Assembly (NCBI RefSeq): GCF_006345805.1
Contig: NC_043020.1
Location: 5,270,001 to 5,334,000 of the forward strand
Direction of reading: 5' to 3'
DNA from: Octopus sinensis
Lineage: Eukaryota
Length of the DNA: 64,000 bases
Part shown: piece by piece, positions 48,083 to 60,263 of the stretch
Position numbering within the stretch: the first letter of the stretch is position 1
How the letters are laid out: the number at the start of each line of letters is the position of its first letter
The notes under the pieces: model-generated
The model's database searches: none
Told to the model about the DNA's origin: nothing
The model's input: only the letters and a program-made list of their open reading frames with translations
Position numbers and translations under genes: made by a program

Positions 48083-49441
48083 TAAGCAATAAAGGGTTTA
48101 GCAACGAAATGCCTTACCACATACCGAATTTAGAAATAGCAGTCAAAGAGTTATAGCTATTTCTTCTACTAAAAAGGGAGATCTCAGTAAAAACAGCAAT
48201 TGGAAGGCAGACACAAACCTGTTTGTGTCTGCCTTCCAATTGCTGTTTTTACTGAGATCTCCCTTTTTAGTAGAAGAAATAGCTATAACTCTTTGACTGC
48301 TATTTCTAAATTCGGTATGTGGTAAGGCAATTCGTTGCTAAACCCTTTATTGCTTAGTATTACTTAAATTTTCCTCGAATGAGGCTTTTACATGCCGAAG
48401 ACTACTTGGTGTAATTGATAATTATTCCAAATTAATTAATTTCACCCTTCATTATTACGGATATATATATATATATATATAAATCCATAAAAATGTTTTA
48501 GCCCAAAGGCCGTGGCCATGCTGGGGCACCACCGCTGATTATATTTTTGTTACTTTTCATTTGTCTTGCTCACTTAGGTTTCTGGTGTTTGCTAAATTTT
48601 CTAGAGAACAATTCTTAGTGGTAAGACCATAGCGGATCTTCTTCTAGCATAAGGGTTTCCACATAGTGGCAATTCCCTCTTATATGTATGTATGTATGTG
48701 TGTGTGTGTGTGTATATATATATATAATGACAGGCTTCTTTCAGTTTCCGTCTACCAAATCCACTCACAAGGCTTTGGTCAGCCCAGGGCTATAGTAGAA
48801 GACACTTGCTCAATGTGCCACACAGTGGGACTGAACCTGGAACCATATGGTTGGGAAACAACAAAGAAACATTAACAACAGCAATAATCCTTTCTTTATA
48901 AGCACAAGACCTGAAATTTTGGGGGCGAGGGGTCTAGTTAACCACAGTGCTTATTGGCCCCACTGGTACTTGTTTTATTGACTCCAAAAAGATGAAAGAG
49001 AGGCAAAGTTGACTTCAGTGCAATTTGAACTCGGGGACACAAAGCCAGAAGAAATGCTGTCTGCCTCTACATTCTGAGTTCAAATTCCACCAAGGTCAGC
49101 TTTGCCTTTCATCCTTTTGGGGTTGATGGAATAAATACCTATTTCTTTATTACCCACAAGGGGCTAAACATAGAGAGGACGAACAAAGACAGACAAATGG
49201 ATTAAGTCGATTACATCGACCCCAGTGCTTAACTGGTACTTAATTTATCGACCTCGACAGAATTTGAACTCAGAAAGTAACAGCAGATGAAATACGGCTA
49301 GGTATTTCGTCTAGCGTGCTAACGTTTCTGCCAGCTCACCGCCTTGATGGAATAAATACCAGTTAAGCACTGGGGTCGATGTAATCAACTTACCTGCCTC
49401 CTTGAAATTTCAGGCCTTGTGCCAAAATTTGAAATCATTAC

Positions 49442-49474
<33 letters not shown>

Positions 49475-50343
49475 GAGCTGGCAGAATCATTATGATGATA
49501 GGCAAAATGCTTTCTGAGTTCAAATTCCACCAAGGTCGACTTTGCCTTTCATTCTTTTGGGGGTTAACGAAATAAGTATCATTGAAACTCTGGGGTCGAT
49601 GTAATTAACTAGTCCCCACCCAACCCCTAATTTCAGGCCCTGTGCCTTTAGTAGAAAGGATTATTATTATTATTAGTAGTGGTAGTATCATCATTAAGGG
49701 GTCAAGCTGGGAAAAAAATGCTTAGCAGCATTTCATCCATACTCTTACTTGTTTCAGTCATCATTTGACAGTGGCCATGCTGGAGCACCGCCTTTTTTTC
49801 GAGCAAATTGACCCCAGGGCTTATTCTTTGTAAGCCTAGTACTTATTCTATCGGCCTTTGGTCTTTGGCTGAACCACTAAGTTACGGGGACGTAAACACA
49901 CCAGCGTTGGTTATCAAGCGATGTTGGGGTGTGGGTGGGACAAACATATACACACACATACATATATGCATATATACGACGGGCTTCTTTCAGTTTCCGT
50001 CTACCAAATCCACTCACAAGGCATTGGTTGGCCCGGGGCTAGACCAGAAGACACTTGCCCAAGATGCCACGCAGTGGGACTGAACCCGGAACCATGTGGT
50101 TGGTTAGCAAGCTACTTACCACACAGCCACTCCTACACCATATTTACAATCTGAAATCAAATTCCGCTGAGGTTGATTTTGTTTCCCCATCCTTAGGGGA
50201 ATTGATAAAAAGCATCAGTTGAATATTAGGGGTCGATGTAACCAACCTCCCCCTCTCCTCAAAAACTGTTGGCCAAGTGCCAAAATTTGAAACCATCATT
50301 ATTATCATTATCCTCATCATTACTTTTAATTATTACAACTCAC

Positions 50344-50413
50344 CTGGAAAACCTGTTGACGAGAGACATGGCGCTTGATCCATGGAAACTGAAGTCTGAG
50401 ATGGACTGAAATC
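50344..50413 (-). CDS. CEP295: CEP295-like 70-nt exon
   Basis: DFSPSQTSVSMDQAPCLSSTGFP; CTCTAG / GTGAGT; supplies the phase 0 to 1 shift needed between the flanking exons. Confidence 0.8.
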
Positions 50414-50694
50414 CTAGAGAAAAAAAAAACAAAAACATCATTATTTAATGTCTGTTGTCCATGCTGACATGGGTTGAACGGTTTGACCAGGGCTGGTAGG
50501 TCGGAAGACTGCACCAGACACCAGCCTAATTCGGTATGGTTTTCTATGGCTGGATAACCCTTCCTAATGCCAACCACCCCGAGGGTGTAATGAGTGCCTT
50601 TATGTGCCATTTGCGTGACACCAGTATCTGCCACAACTGCAATTTTGCTCGGCTTGAGGGGTCTTCTCAAGCATCACATAATGCCAAAGGCCTC

Positions 50695-50970
50695 AGTCAT
50701 TACCTCTGTGAGGGTCAACACTTGAAAGGCTCTCAGCCACTTTGTCTCTCCGAGGCTCAATGCTTGAAAGGAACTTGGCCACTTTGCCTCCATGAGGTCC
50801 AGTGCTTGAAAGGAACTCAACCACTTTGCTTCCCTGAGGCCCAATGCTTGAAAAGAACTTGGCCACTTTGGCTCCCTGAGGCCCAACGATTGGAAGGAAC
50901 TCGGCCACTTTGCCTCCCTGAGGCCCAATGATCGGAAGGAACTTGGCCACTTTGCTTCTATGAGGCCCAA
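50695..50970. repeat. 42-bp minisatellite, about 6.5 units
   Basis: CCACTTTG at 50737, 50779, 50821, 50863, 50905 and 50947. Confidence 0.92.
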
Positions 50971-52039
50971 CGCTAAGGAAAGAAAATGCATTTTGATTTG
51001 TGTATTCAATATCAAATCTTGTACTTATTGTGTTAGTGGGGTCTCACTGCTTAACCATCATCATCAGTTAACCCTTCAACATAGATTACTCTGTCAAATG
51101 TAACACTTATTTATTCCCATTCTTTTGAATTAATCCTGCATTATCTTGTAGCTTTGAGATTTTGATTTGGTAACTGCTAATTTTTAGAATGACATTGTAG
51201 TGTCAGAGCGAGAGGCCATATCTGGCCAGTTTGATCATAAAACAGGCGGAATATTTTGGCCGGATATGGATGGTTTAAGTGCTAAAGGGTTGAAGTCTAT
51301 TTTCTATGCTGGCATGGGTTGGATGACTTGACAGGAATTAGCGAGGCTAGGGCCTACACCAGGTTTTGATCGTCTGTTTTGGCTTGGTTTCAATTGCTGG
51401 ATGACCTTCCTAATACCAACCACTTTATAGAGTGTACTGTGTGCTTTTTATGTGGCATCAATAGCCACACCTATGCTTTTTATGTGACCTCTTGGGATTA
51501 GGATCTCAATTCTGCTGTGGTGGGCAGATCACCACCCAGATGCTTCACACAGCCATGTATAGGTGCAGACACACACATATATGATGGGCTTCTTTCAGTT
51601 TCTTATTTCTTTACTACCCACAAGGGGCTACTAACAGAGTGGACAAATAAGGACAGACAAATAGATTAAGTCGATTATATTGACCCCAGTGCGTAACTGG
51701 TACTTATTTAAACGACCCCGAAAGGATGAAAGGCAAAGTTGACCTCGGTGGAATTTGAACTCAGAACGTAACGGCAGACGAAATACTGCTAAGCATTTCG
51801 CCCGGCGTGGTAACGATTCTGCCAGCTCGCCACCTTCTTTCAGTTTCTGTCTATCAAATTCACTACAGCCCCAGGCTTTGGTCAGTAGAAGACAATTGCC
51901 CAAGGTACCACAAAGTCAAATTGAACCTGGAACCATGTGGTTGGGAAGCAAAGTTCATACTGCAAAGCCAAACCTGCACCTATTAACCAAAGATGTCCCT
52001 AAAAAAGTTCAGATGTGATGATCATGACTTATCACTTTT

Positions 52040-52340
52040 GATCCGTTTCGCGACCGTTGCCAGTGCCGCCCCGACTGGCCTCGTGCCGGTGGCACATAAA
52101 AAGCACCATCCGTTTGTGGCCGTTGCCAGCTCTGTCTGGCACCTGTGCGGGTGGCACGTAAAAAGCACCCACTACACTCGCGGAGTGGTTGGCGTTAGGA
52201 AGGGCATCCAGCCGTAGAAACACTGCCAGATTTGACTGGGCCTGATGCAGCCTTCTGGCTTCACAGACCCCAGTTGAACCGTCCAACCCATGCTAGCATG
52301 GAAAACGGACGCTAAACGATGATGATGATGATGATGATGA
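52040..52340 (+). mobile_element. SINE family C (RTE-like tail ending in (GAT)n), representative copy
   Basis: GGTGGCACGTAAAAAGCACC..GGAGTGGTTGGCGTTAGGAAGGGCATCCAGC..CATGGAAAACGGACGCTAAACGATGATG. Other copies near 170, 26960, 32695, 41020, 41415 and 62570. Confidence 0.85.
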
Positions 52341-52399
52341 TCATTAATCTGTTCCATCAAATCGAATTGGGATTAAAACAACAAAATCATTGAACTTAC

Positions 52400-54041
52400 T
52401 TGTCTGCTGTGCTGAGGAGTGTTGCCACAGTTGGAACGGTCAAGTTGGACGCCTGATTTCTTGTGATCTCTGTCAACAGTAATTGGTGAGAGAGAAGAGT
52501 AACGACGGTGACTATCAGATCGACAGGAGGTCATTAATATGCTCTCTGCCTCTTCAATAGCACTGAGTTCATGAGGAAAATGACCGTTAATAAATGCCGA
52601 CCGCTGTATAGGTGGCGGCCGCCGCTGATCCATAGGAACAATTTGCAAACTGGGTGAATTTCTGGTTGCCAGGCTCCCTATTTCTTCTTTAAGTTTCAGG
52701 GCCTCTTTGACTTGTATGTCAAACTGTTCGTTGCTGGCCGACAACTGTTGATTGAGCAGCTTGGTCTGTTCCTCGATGTTGCTGAGCTGCTTCTGCAGAC
52801 TATACTGATTGCTCTGAATTCTATCATTATTGTTGGAAGCATTTTTGATTAAATCACGGCCCCAAATATGCTCAGAGCTGTACCCAGTATCCGTGTGTCC
52901 GTTTATTCCGGATGACAAAAGTTCTGTCAAAAACGACGAACTGTCGTCGTCGTCAGTGTATTGCGACAGTTTTTGACTGTCGTCAGAAGGCAAACTTTCC
53001 GTGTCTTTCTCAGGCAACATGTTTAATAAATCAACATCATAAAATGGCACATCGGATTTCTCTGGCACCAGACTTAGCAAACCCGACTGGCGTTGCTGGT
53101 ATTGTTGCCTAGGCTTTTGACTTCCAATAGATCCCAAGCCATCAGTTCCAGGCGGCAAAAGAATGTCTTTTTTCTGCAAGATATTTTCAGGCTCCATCTT
53201 GTCAAAAGAAGTGGAAGAAGGCAGCAAAGAATTTGGTAAAGAATTTAGCCAGTCTAATTGCTGGTCATCTTCCTGGAATTTGGTCTCAGTCTTTTCGGTT
53301 GTCGCAGCGGAATTCGGTTTTAAACCTTTCAGAGTCTTAAATGACCGGAACAGTTGCTCCAGCTTCGAAGTCGGTGTAGATCCTTGGGCTTCCTGACTCG
53401 TAGCAGAAGACAGAGAAATATTTGGTCTGATTCTGCTGTAATCTGTACCAACATCGACGCCAACAAATTCTTCGTTCTGATCAAATGGAAGACGAAAACT
53501 TGGGGAAGGTGGGGACAGAAGCAATGGTCCCTCACCTGTATTTTGCATTTCTGAGACAGAAGTTGCCGCTACTGCATTCTGGGAAGGAATTTTAGCTTCT
53601 AAGCTGGATAATGGGGATTTTAATTTTTCTTCATGCTTCTCAAGAAGATGTTTTTGGTAATCTCTGACTTTGGAAATATTATCAGGTAAATTTGAAAATG
53701 TCAATGGAAAATGCTTGCCTAATGTAGTCGAATTTAACTGAGGCAAGAATTCTAGGCTGGTGGAATCCTTTTGGTGTAATTCTATAGAATCTTTGATGTG
53801 TGCCATACTCGACTGAATGAGAGCTCTGCCGTGTTCCAGTAATTCTTGGATATTAGCTTTTTGTTCTTTTGGGAATGTTTGTTTGGCAGGTGAGTCTGTT
53901 TGGTCGGAGGAATCTCCGACAGATTCTTTGGTTTCAGGTGATGCAACCTGTTGAGGGCTAAACTTGTAACCACTCAACCGATCGACACGTTTACCTTTGT
54001 CAAAATTATGGAGTTTTTCCTCTAATTTCCTTCTCTGTTCC
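52400..54041 (-). CDS. CEP295: CEP295-like 1,642-nt exon
   Basis: EQRRKLEEKLHNFDK... continuing into the 534-aa ORF (KVRDYQKHLL; LQKQLSNIEEQTKLLNQQL coiled-coil); phase 2/0, GTAAGT donor. Confidence 0.85.
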
Positions 54042-54321
54042 CTGATAAAAAAAAAAAAAAAAATGAAATAAAAAATAGAATTACAAACAAATTTCTAAAA
54101 AAATTAAAAGTAATGAAAAATATAGAGGCAGGCATAGCTGTGCGGTAAGATATTTGCATTGCAACCATATGGTTCTGGGTTCAGTCCTTCTGCATGGCAC
54201 CTTGGGCAACTGTGTTTTACTATAGCCTTGGGCCAACCAAAGCTTTGTGAGTGGATTTGGTAGATGGAAACAGAAAGAAGCCTGCTGTGTGTATGCATAT
54301 TTATGTGTGTGTGCTTGTGAA

Positions 54322-54655
54322 GGTGCATGGCTCAGTGGTTAGAGCATCAAGCTTATGATTGTGAGGTTGTGAGTTCGAATCCCGTACCGGGCTGCGTGTT
54401 GTGTTCTTCAGCAAGACACTTTATTTCACGTTGCTCCAGTTCACTCAGCTGTAGAAATGAGCTGCGACGTCACAGGTGCCAAGCTGTATCGGCCCCTTTG
54501 CCTTTCCCTTGGATAACACTGGTGGCGTGGAGAGGGGAGGCCGGTATGCATGGGCGACTACTGGTCATCCATAAACAGCCTTGCCCGGACTTGTGCCAGG
54601 GAGGGTAACTTTCTAGGTGCAATCCCAAGGTCAGTCATGACCGAAGGGAGTCTCA
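54322..54655 (+). mobile_element. SINE family D (tRNA head with A/B boxes and a Meta-like central domain), nested in a family B SINE
   Basis: TGGCTCAGTGGTTAGAGC..GTTCGAATCCC..GTTGTGTTCTTCAGCAAGACACTTTATTTCACGTTGCTCCAG. Relatives near 8418, 28270 and 42985. Confidence 0.75.
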
Positions 54656-55199
54656 GCATCGTTTGACAACCGTTGTTGGTGTGTTTACATCCCTGTAACT
54701 TAGCAGTTTGGCAAAAGAGACCAACAGAATAAGTATCAGCCTTATAAAGAAAATAAAAAGTACTAGGGGTTGATTCACTTGGCTAAAAATTCCTAAAAGC
54801 GGTGCCCCAGCATGGCCACAGTCTAATGACAATAACAAGTAAAAAAGCAAAAGGTAACAAATAAAATGAAGGTGCAGGTGTGGCTGAGTGGTTAAGAAGC
54901 TTGCCTGCCAACCATGTGGTCTTGGGTTCAATCCCACCGCACAATACCTTGGACATGTATCCTGTACTCTAGCCCCCAGGCTGACCAAAGACTTGGAAGT
55001 GAATTTAGAAGACAGAAACTAAATGAAGCCCATTGTGTGTGTGTGTGTGTACCTTGTCTTGACATCTCATAACAACTGTAAACGAGCATCACCATCATAC
55101 AAGTGGTGTTGTTTGTTTGCAGACTCCCATGCAAAAACATGCCTGGCCTGACAAGTCTTCTCAAGCACAGCATATAGCCAAAGGTCTTGGTCACTCGTC

Positions 55200-55990
55200 A
55201 CAGCCTCCATGAGGCCCAGAGCTTGAAGATCATGCTTCACCACCTTGTCCCATGTCCTCCTGGGTTTACCGCTTCCACAGGTCCTCGTCCATACGCATCA
55301 CATGACCACACCAACACAGATGTCTCTCTTGCACACCTGTGCCTAATTTTTTTCTCAAGATGCTAATGTTCACTCATACATGCACACTGACATTGCACAT
55401 CCAGTGGAGCATACTAGATTCATTTCTTTTGAGCCTTCACATGTCCCCTGCAGTCACAGCTCATGCTTCACTGCTGTGTAGCATGGTTTTTTCGCACACA
55501 CAGGCATCATACAATCTGCCTTTTGCTTTGAAGGAGAGGCCCTTTGTTACCAACAGTGGTAGAAGCTCTCTGAACTTTGCCCAACCTATTCTCATTCTAG
55601 CAGCTATGCTCTCAGCACATCCACCTCCACTGCTGATTTGGTCACCCAGATAACAGAAGCTATCAATTTACTTCTATGTATCTCCCCCTGGCATTTGATG
55701 GAGTCTATTTTCTGTATATTTCTATTGTTTACTGTACCTGTGCATCTGTCACACACAAAGATTATTTTCCCTGTTAACCTTCCTCTGATATTGCTGCACC
55801 TCTTATGTGTCCATAGCTTGCACCAGGTACATCTTATGGAGCTTGTACCTATGCCTTTTCTACATAACAAGCACAGCTATCTATCTGAAGGGACTTGTGA
55901 CAAGTCCACTTCTCTATTTACTACGACTGGTTTTTGCTAAATTAACTCTAAGGCCCTTTGATTCCAGACCTTGCTTTCACACCTGGAATT
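55200..55990 (-). mobile_element. RTE-clade LINE 3' fragment
   Basis: CRKGIGTSSIRCTWCKLWTHKRCS..FVCDRC..FCYLGDQISSGGGCAESIAARMRIGWAKFRELLPLL; homologous to 430-1300. Confidence 0.85.
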
Positions 55991-56206
55991 TCTTTTCTCT
56001 CTCTCTGTATATATATATATATATATATAGGGAGAGTTTACGAAAAAAACAAAAGATGAAGACAGGTGGTGTACAAAACAAACAGATGTATTAGTATAAC
56101 GCTCAGGAATAGAAAAAGTCTTTTACGTTTCGAGCCAATGCTCTTCTACAGAAAGGGACACAGAAAAAACAAGGAGAGAAAAAAATGTGTGTAGTGGCTA
56201 ACAATC

Positions 56207-56237
<31 letters not shown>

Positions 56238-56599
56238 ATGAGTGTATATATATATATAGGGGGAGAGTTTACGAAAAAAACAAAAGACGAAGACAGGTGG
56301 TGTACAAAACAAACATGTATTAGTACAACGCTCAGGAATAGAAAAAGTCTTTTACGTTTCGAGCCTACGCTCTTCTACAGAAAGGGACACAGAAAAACAA
56401 GGAGAGAAAAAAATGTGTGTAGTGGCTAACAAGAGTCAAGACTCTTGAAAAGGTTGCAAGACGCAACGAAAATTTTAGGAAAATAAAAATAAGAAATAAG
56501 TGGAAATTTTACCGGTGAGTGTGTTACATTATAAGGCACAAAAAGAAAATGACTCTCCCCAGACACAACAGTATATTAGTATTATTATTATTATTCAGT

Positions 56600-56805
56600 A
56601 GTTTTATTTTTAAGCGTGCTTTCACTTCACTACCGAGCGCAGCTCTGTGTGCCTTGGGTATGTGCTGTGATTTGTTGTGATGCTCTGATGGTTATTGTAT
56701 GGAAAGTGTTCTGCGTAGGATGTGTGCAGTGCCCAGTAGTGCAATTTTCTGTATGTTATATGTGTTTGTAAGTCCTGGTGTTTTTGTTATGTATTTGTCT
56801 GAATA

Positions 56806-56810
<5 letters not shown>
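56600..56810 (-). mobile_element. RLE-type (R4/Dong/NeSL-like) LINE 3' fragment
   Basis: Minus strand ...TYNIQKIALLGTAHILRRTLSIQ*, flanked by (ATT)n on both sides. Confidence 0.7.
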
Positions 56811-56838
<28 letters not shown>

Positions 56839-57418
56839 ATCTAAAGTAAACTGAATAGATAAAACAAAACATACTTAGGTGGTTTTAATATTTGATTGTT
56901 TTGGGACAGACATAGAAGTTGCTAGGCAATAACAACAACACCATGGTATTTGATCTAAGAATGACAATTATTCCTAATTACGGAGGCCGTTAAGATAACA
57001 TTAATTATTCACGTCTCTACCTACCACCAACTCACTCTTCCTGTTAGCTTTTCCTTTAATGGAAATGATCAACAAATGTGATCTTTCAATCCTGTAATAT
57101 ATCTCCTTTCATCTTTCATTCCGTGTGGTCATGCTGGAGCAACCGCCCTCGAAGGTTTTTAGTCGAACAAAAACAATCCCCGTACTAATTATATATTTTG
57201 AAGTTTTGCACTTATTTTATCAATCTGTTTGGTCATGCTGGAGCACTAAGTCAGGGAACACTAATGAACCAACACCGGTTATCAAGCATTTGCGGAGGAA
57301 GGGAATACACAAAAACAGATAGACACACACACATATATGCATATGAATATTCACACACATACATTATATTTTTTTAATCTTTTACTTGTTTCAGTCATTT
57401 GGCCGTGGTCATGCTGGG

Positions 57419-57501
<83 letters not shown>

Positions 57502-58743
57502 TCTTTTACTTGTTTCAGTCATTTGACTGTGGCCATGCTGGAGTACTGCCTTACATGTTTTTTTTTAGTCGAAGAAAGCAACCCCAGGACTTTTTCTTTG
57601 TAGGTCTAGTACTTATTTTATCAGTCTCTTTTGCCAAACCGCTAAGTGATGGGGACGTAAGCACACAAAAGTGTAATGGGTGCTTTTTACGTGTCATTGG
57701 CACAGGGGCCAGAGGAGGCTGACATCGACCACGTTTAGATGGTGCTTTTATGTGCCACCAGCACGGGAGCCAGAGGGCTCTGGCACCAACCATGTTTGGA
57801 TGGTGCTTTTATGTTCCACTGGCACAGGAGCCAGCTAAGGTGGCGCTGGGATTAGTCATGTTTGGGTGGTGCTTTTTATGTGCCACCAGCACAGGAGCCA
57901 GTCAGGGCGATGGGGCTGGCATCGACCATGTTTGGGTGGTGCTTTTTATGTGCCACCAGCATGGGGAGCCTGACAGGTGACGCTGGCATCAGCCACAACT
58001 ACAATTTCCATTTGATTGTGGTTTGGTTCGATTTTGATGTTGATACATATATACCTGTATATATGTCATTAATAGGCAGCCTCATTCCATTCCAATATTC
58101 TCCAAGAACATATCTGACCATGAAGAAATATCATTTTGCTTGAAACAGGTGAGAGATGGCAACAAGCGCACCCAACCATAGAAAAATCTGTCTCAATAAA
58201 CTCCATTTGACCCATGCAAGCATGGAAATGTGGACCTTAAAAGGATGATGATGATATAAACAAAAAAACCAAAAAAAAACTCAGCTTCTTTCAGTTTTTT
58301 TTTTTTTTATTTATTGCCCACAAGGGGCTAAATATAGAGGGGACAAACAAGGACAGACAAAGGGGTTAAGTCGATTACATCGATCCCAGTGCGTAACTGG
58401 TACTTATTTAATCGACTCCGAAAGGATGAAAGGCAAAGTCGACCTCGGTGGAATTTGAACTCAGAACGTAACGACAGACGAAATACCACTAAGCATTTCG
58501 CCCGGCGCACTAACATGTCTGCCAGCTCACTGCCTTATAACCCTAACCCTAACTCTTCTTTCTGTTTATATCTGCCAAGTTTACCAACTCACAAGGCTTT
58601 GGTCAGTCTTCTATAATAGAAGACACTTGCTCAAGGTGCCATGCAGTGGGGTTGAACCCATGAACACACAGGTTAGAAATCAAGATTCTTGACAACACAG
58701 CCACTCACTCTTACACCTCTGCGAAGGAAACGAAGATACTTAC

Positions 58744-58826
58744 TCAATTCTCTTTTTCTGTTCCATAACTTGTTGAATTTGCTGCTGAAGTTTAAAAGCT
58801 CTGGAAACTGGCTCTGGAATTCCTGG
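58744..58826 (-). CDS. CEP295: CEP295-like exon
   Basis: PGIPEPVSRAFKLQQQIQQVMEQKKRIE; phase 0/2, GTAAGT donor. Confidence 0.82.
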
Positions 58827-58855
58827 CTACAATTGAAGAACACAAGAATCAAATA

Positions 58856-58895
<40 letters not shown>

Positions 58896-59377
58896 GCCCT
58901 GATGCAGTACCAGGCAGTGGCTCTCATGGCTTCTGATCTTAACTGATTGGAAGTGTTATCATGTACATTGTTTTGTCTTGGTATAAAAGATGGACTACAG
59001 CAAATATTCTGCTCAATACCACAGATTTGCTTGTCAGTTGTTTGACCATAACCAGCTGAGTATGTGTCCCTTAGTGGCTGACGATATTTGCATCTCTGAT
59101 CACGAGCAGTAATAGTTTGGGAGTATCGTAGCCTTGTGTTGAGAGGGATTCTTTGGGGTTTTCCACAGAAGACTGGGAATAAACAGCATCACTCGTATGA
59201 TGATGATGATGCACGTTTAGAACCATCACATGATGTCAACATGAAACTACACACACACACAAACATAACATTACACACTAACGCGAATATGGTATGTCTT
59301 TCTGTACGCCAGTATAACTGGTGTGTCAGGGTTGCTCCCCTTATTCGTAAAAAGAATAGATAATTAAAATAGCTTAC

Positions 59378-59598
59378 CTGTCTAATTTCTTCTGTGATGC
59401 TATCAGAATCAACACCTTTTGTCTCGTGACCCTTGTCATCATGGACCCTAACAACTCTAACCCCAGATTCATCCGTGCCCTCGGTGCTTGGAATGAAGCC
59501 GATCCCATCACGGGTGGGAACTGAAGTGCTCGCCTCATCGACAGGAAAATCGGAAGATCCTTCTTCACTGCTCATGGGAATTTGTGATCTGAGATAAT
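59378..59598 (-). CDS. CEP295: CEP295-like exon
   Basis: DYLRSQIPMSSEEG...ITEEIRQ; phase 1/0, GTAAGC donor. Confidence 0.82.
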
Positions 59599-60053
59599 CT
59601 GGGATTAAAGAAGAAAAAGAAAGTAAACAAAAAAAACACAAGAGAAGCAAAAACCACTAAGTAGCGGCTGTGTGGTAAGAAGTTTGCTTCCCAACCACAT
59701 GGTTCTGGGTTCAGTCCCACAGCATGGCACCTTGAGCAAGTGTCTTCTACTATAGCCTTGGGCCGACCAAAGCAGTTTCTGTCTACCAAATCCACTCACA
59801 AGGCTATAGTAGAAGACACTTTCCCAAGGTGCCACGCAGTGAGACTGAACCCGGAACCATGTGGTTGGTAAGCAAGCTACTTACCACACAGCCACTCCTG
59901 CGCCTATTGTTGAAGACATTTGCCAAAGGTACCATATAGTGGGACTGAACCCAGAACCACATGGTTGGGAAACAAACTTCTTACCATACAGTCACGCTTG
60001 TGCCTATATATATAAAATATTGATAAAATAAAGAAAATAAATTGTAGCAGTAC

Positions 60054-60170
60054 CAGATTTGTCCATTTTCCTTTGACCAGTTTCAACATACTGCAAACTA
60101 TCCGTCATTCCACTGATCCAGTCGCTACGCTGGGACTTGATGCGGTTAAACAGGGACTGTAAGGTAGATT
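60054..60170 (-). CDS. CEP295: CEP295-like exon
   Basis: STLQSLFNRIKSQRSDW resembles the recalled CEP295 LKKLLNKIRSQKSLW; phase 1/1. Confidence 0.82.
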
Positions 60171-60263
60171 CTGAAAGCAGAAGAAATGATTGGGTCAAAT
60201 GTGGAGGCTCAAGAAAACGGGTCATCATGGTCAGCAATGGCAAGAATCTATAGAACAGGTTAT

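Noticed and set aside
50536-51015. Repeat-protein gene from the 42-bp array
   Set aside because: Open frames follow from the unit length; no start or splice support, and it is intronic.
54322-54392. Functional tRNA gene
   Set aside because: A/B boxes run straight into SINE body sequence and the acceptor stem does not pair.
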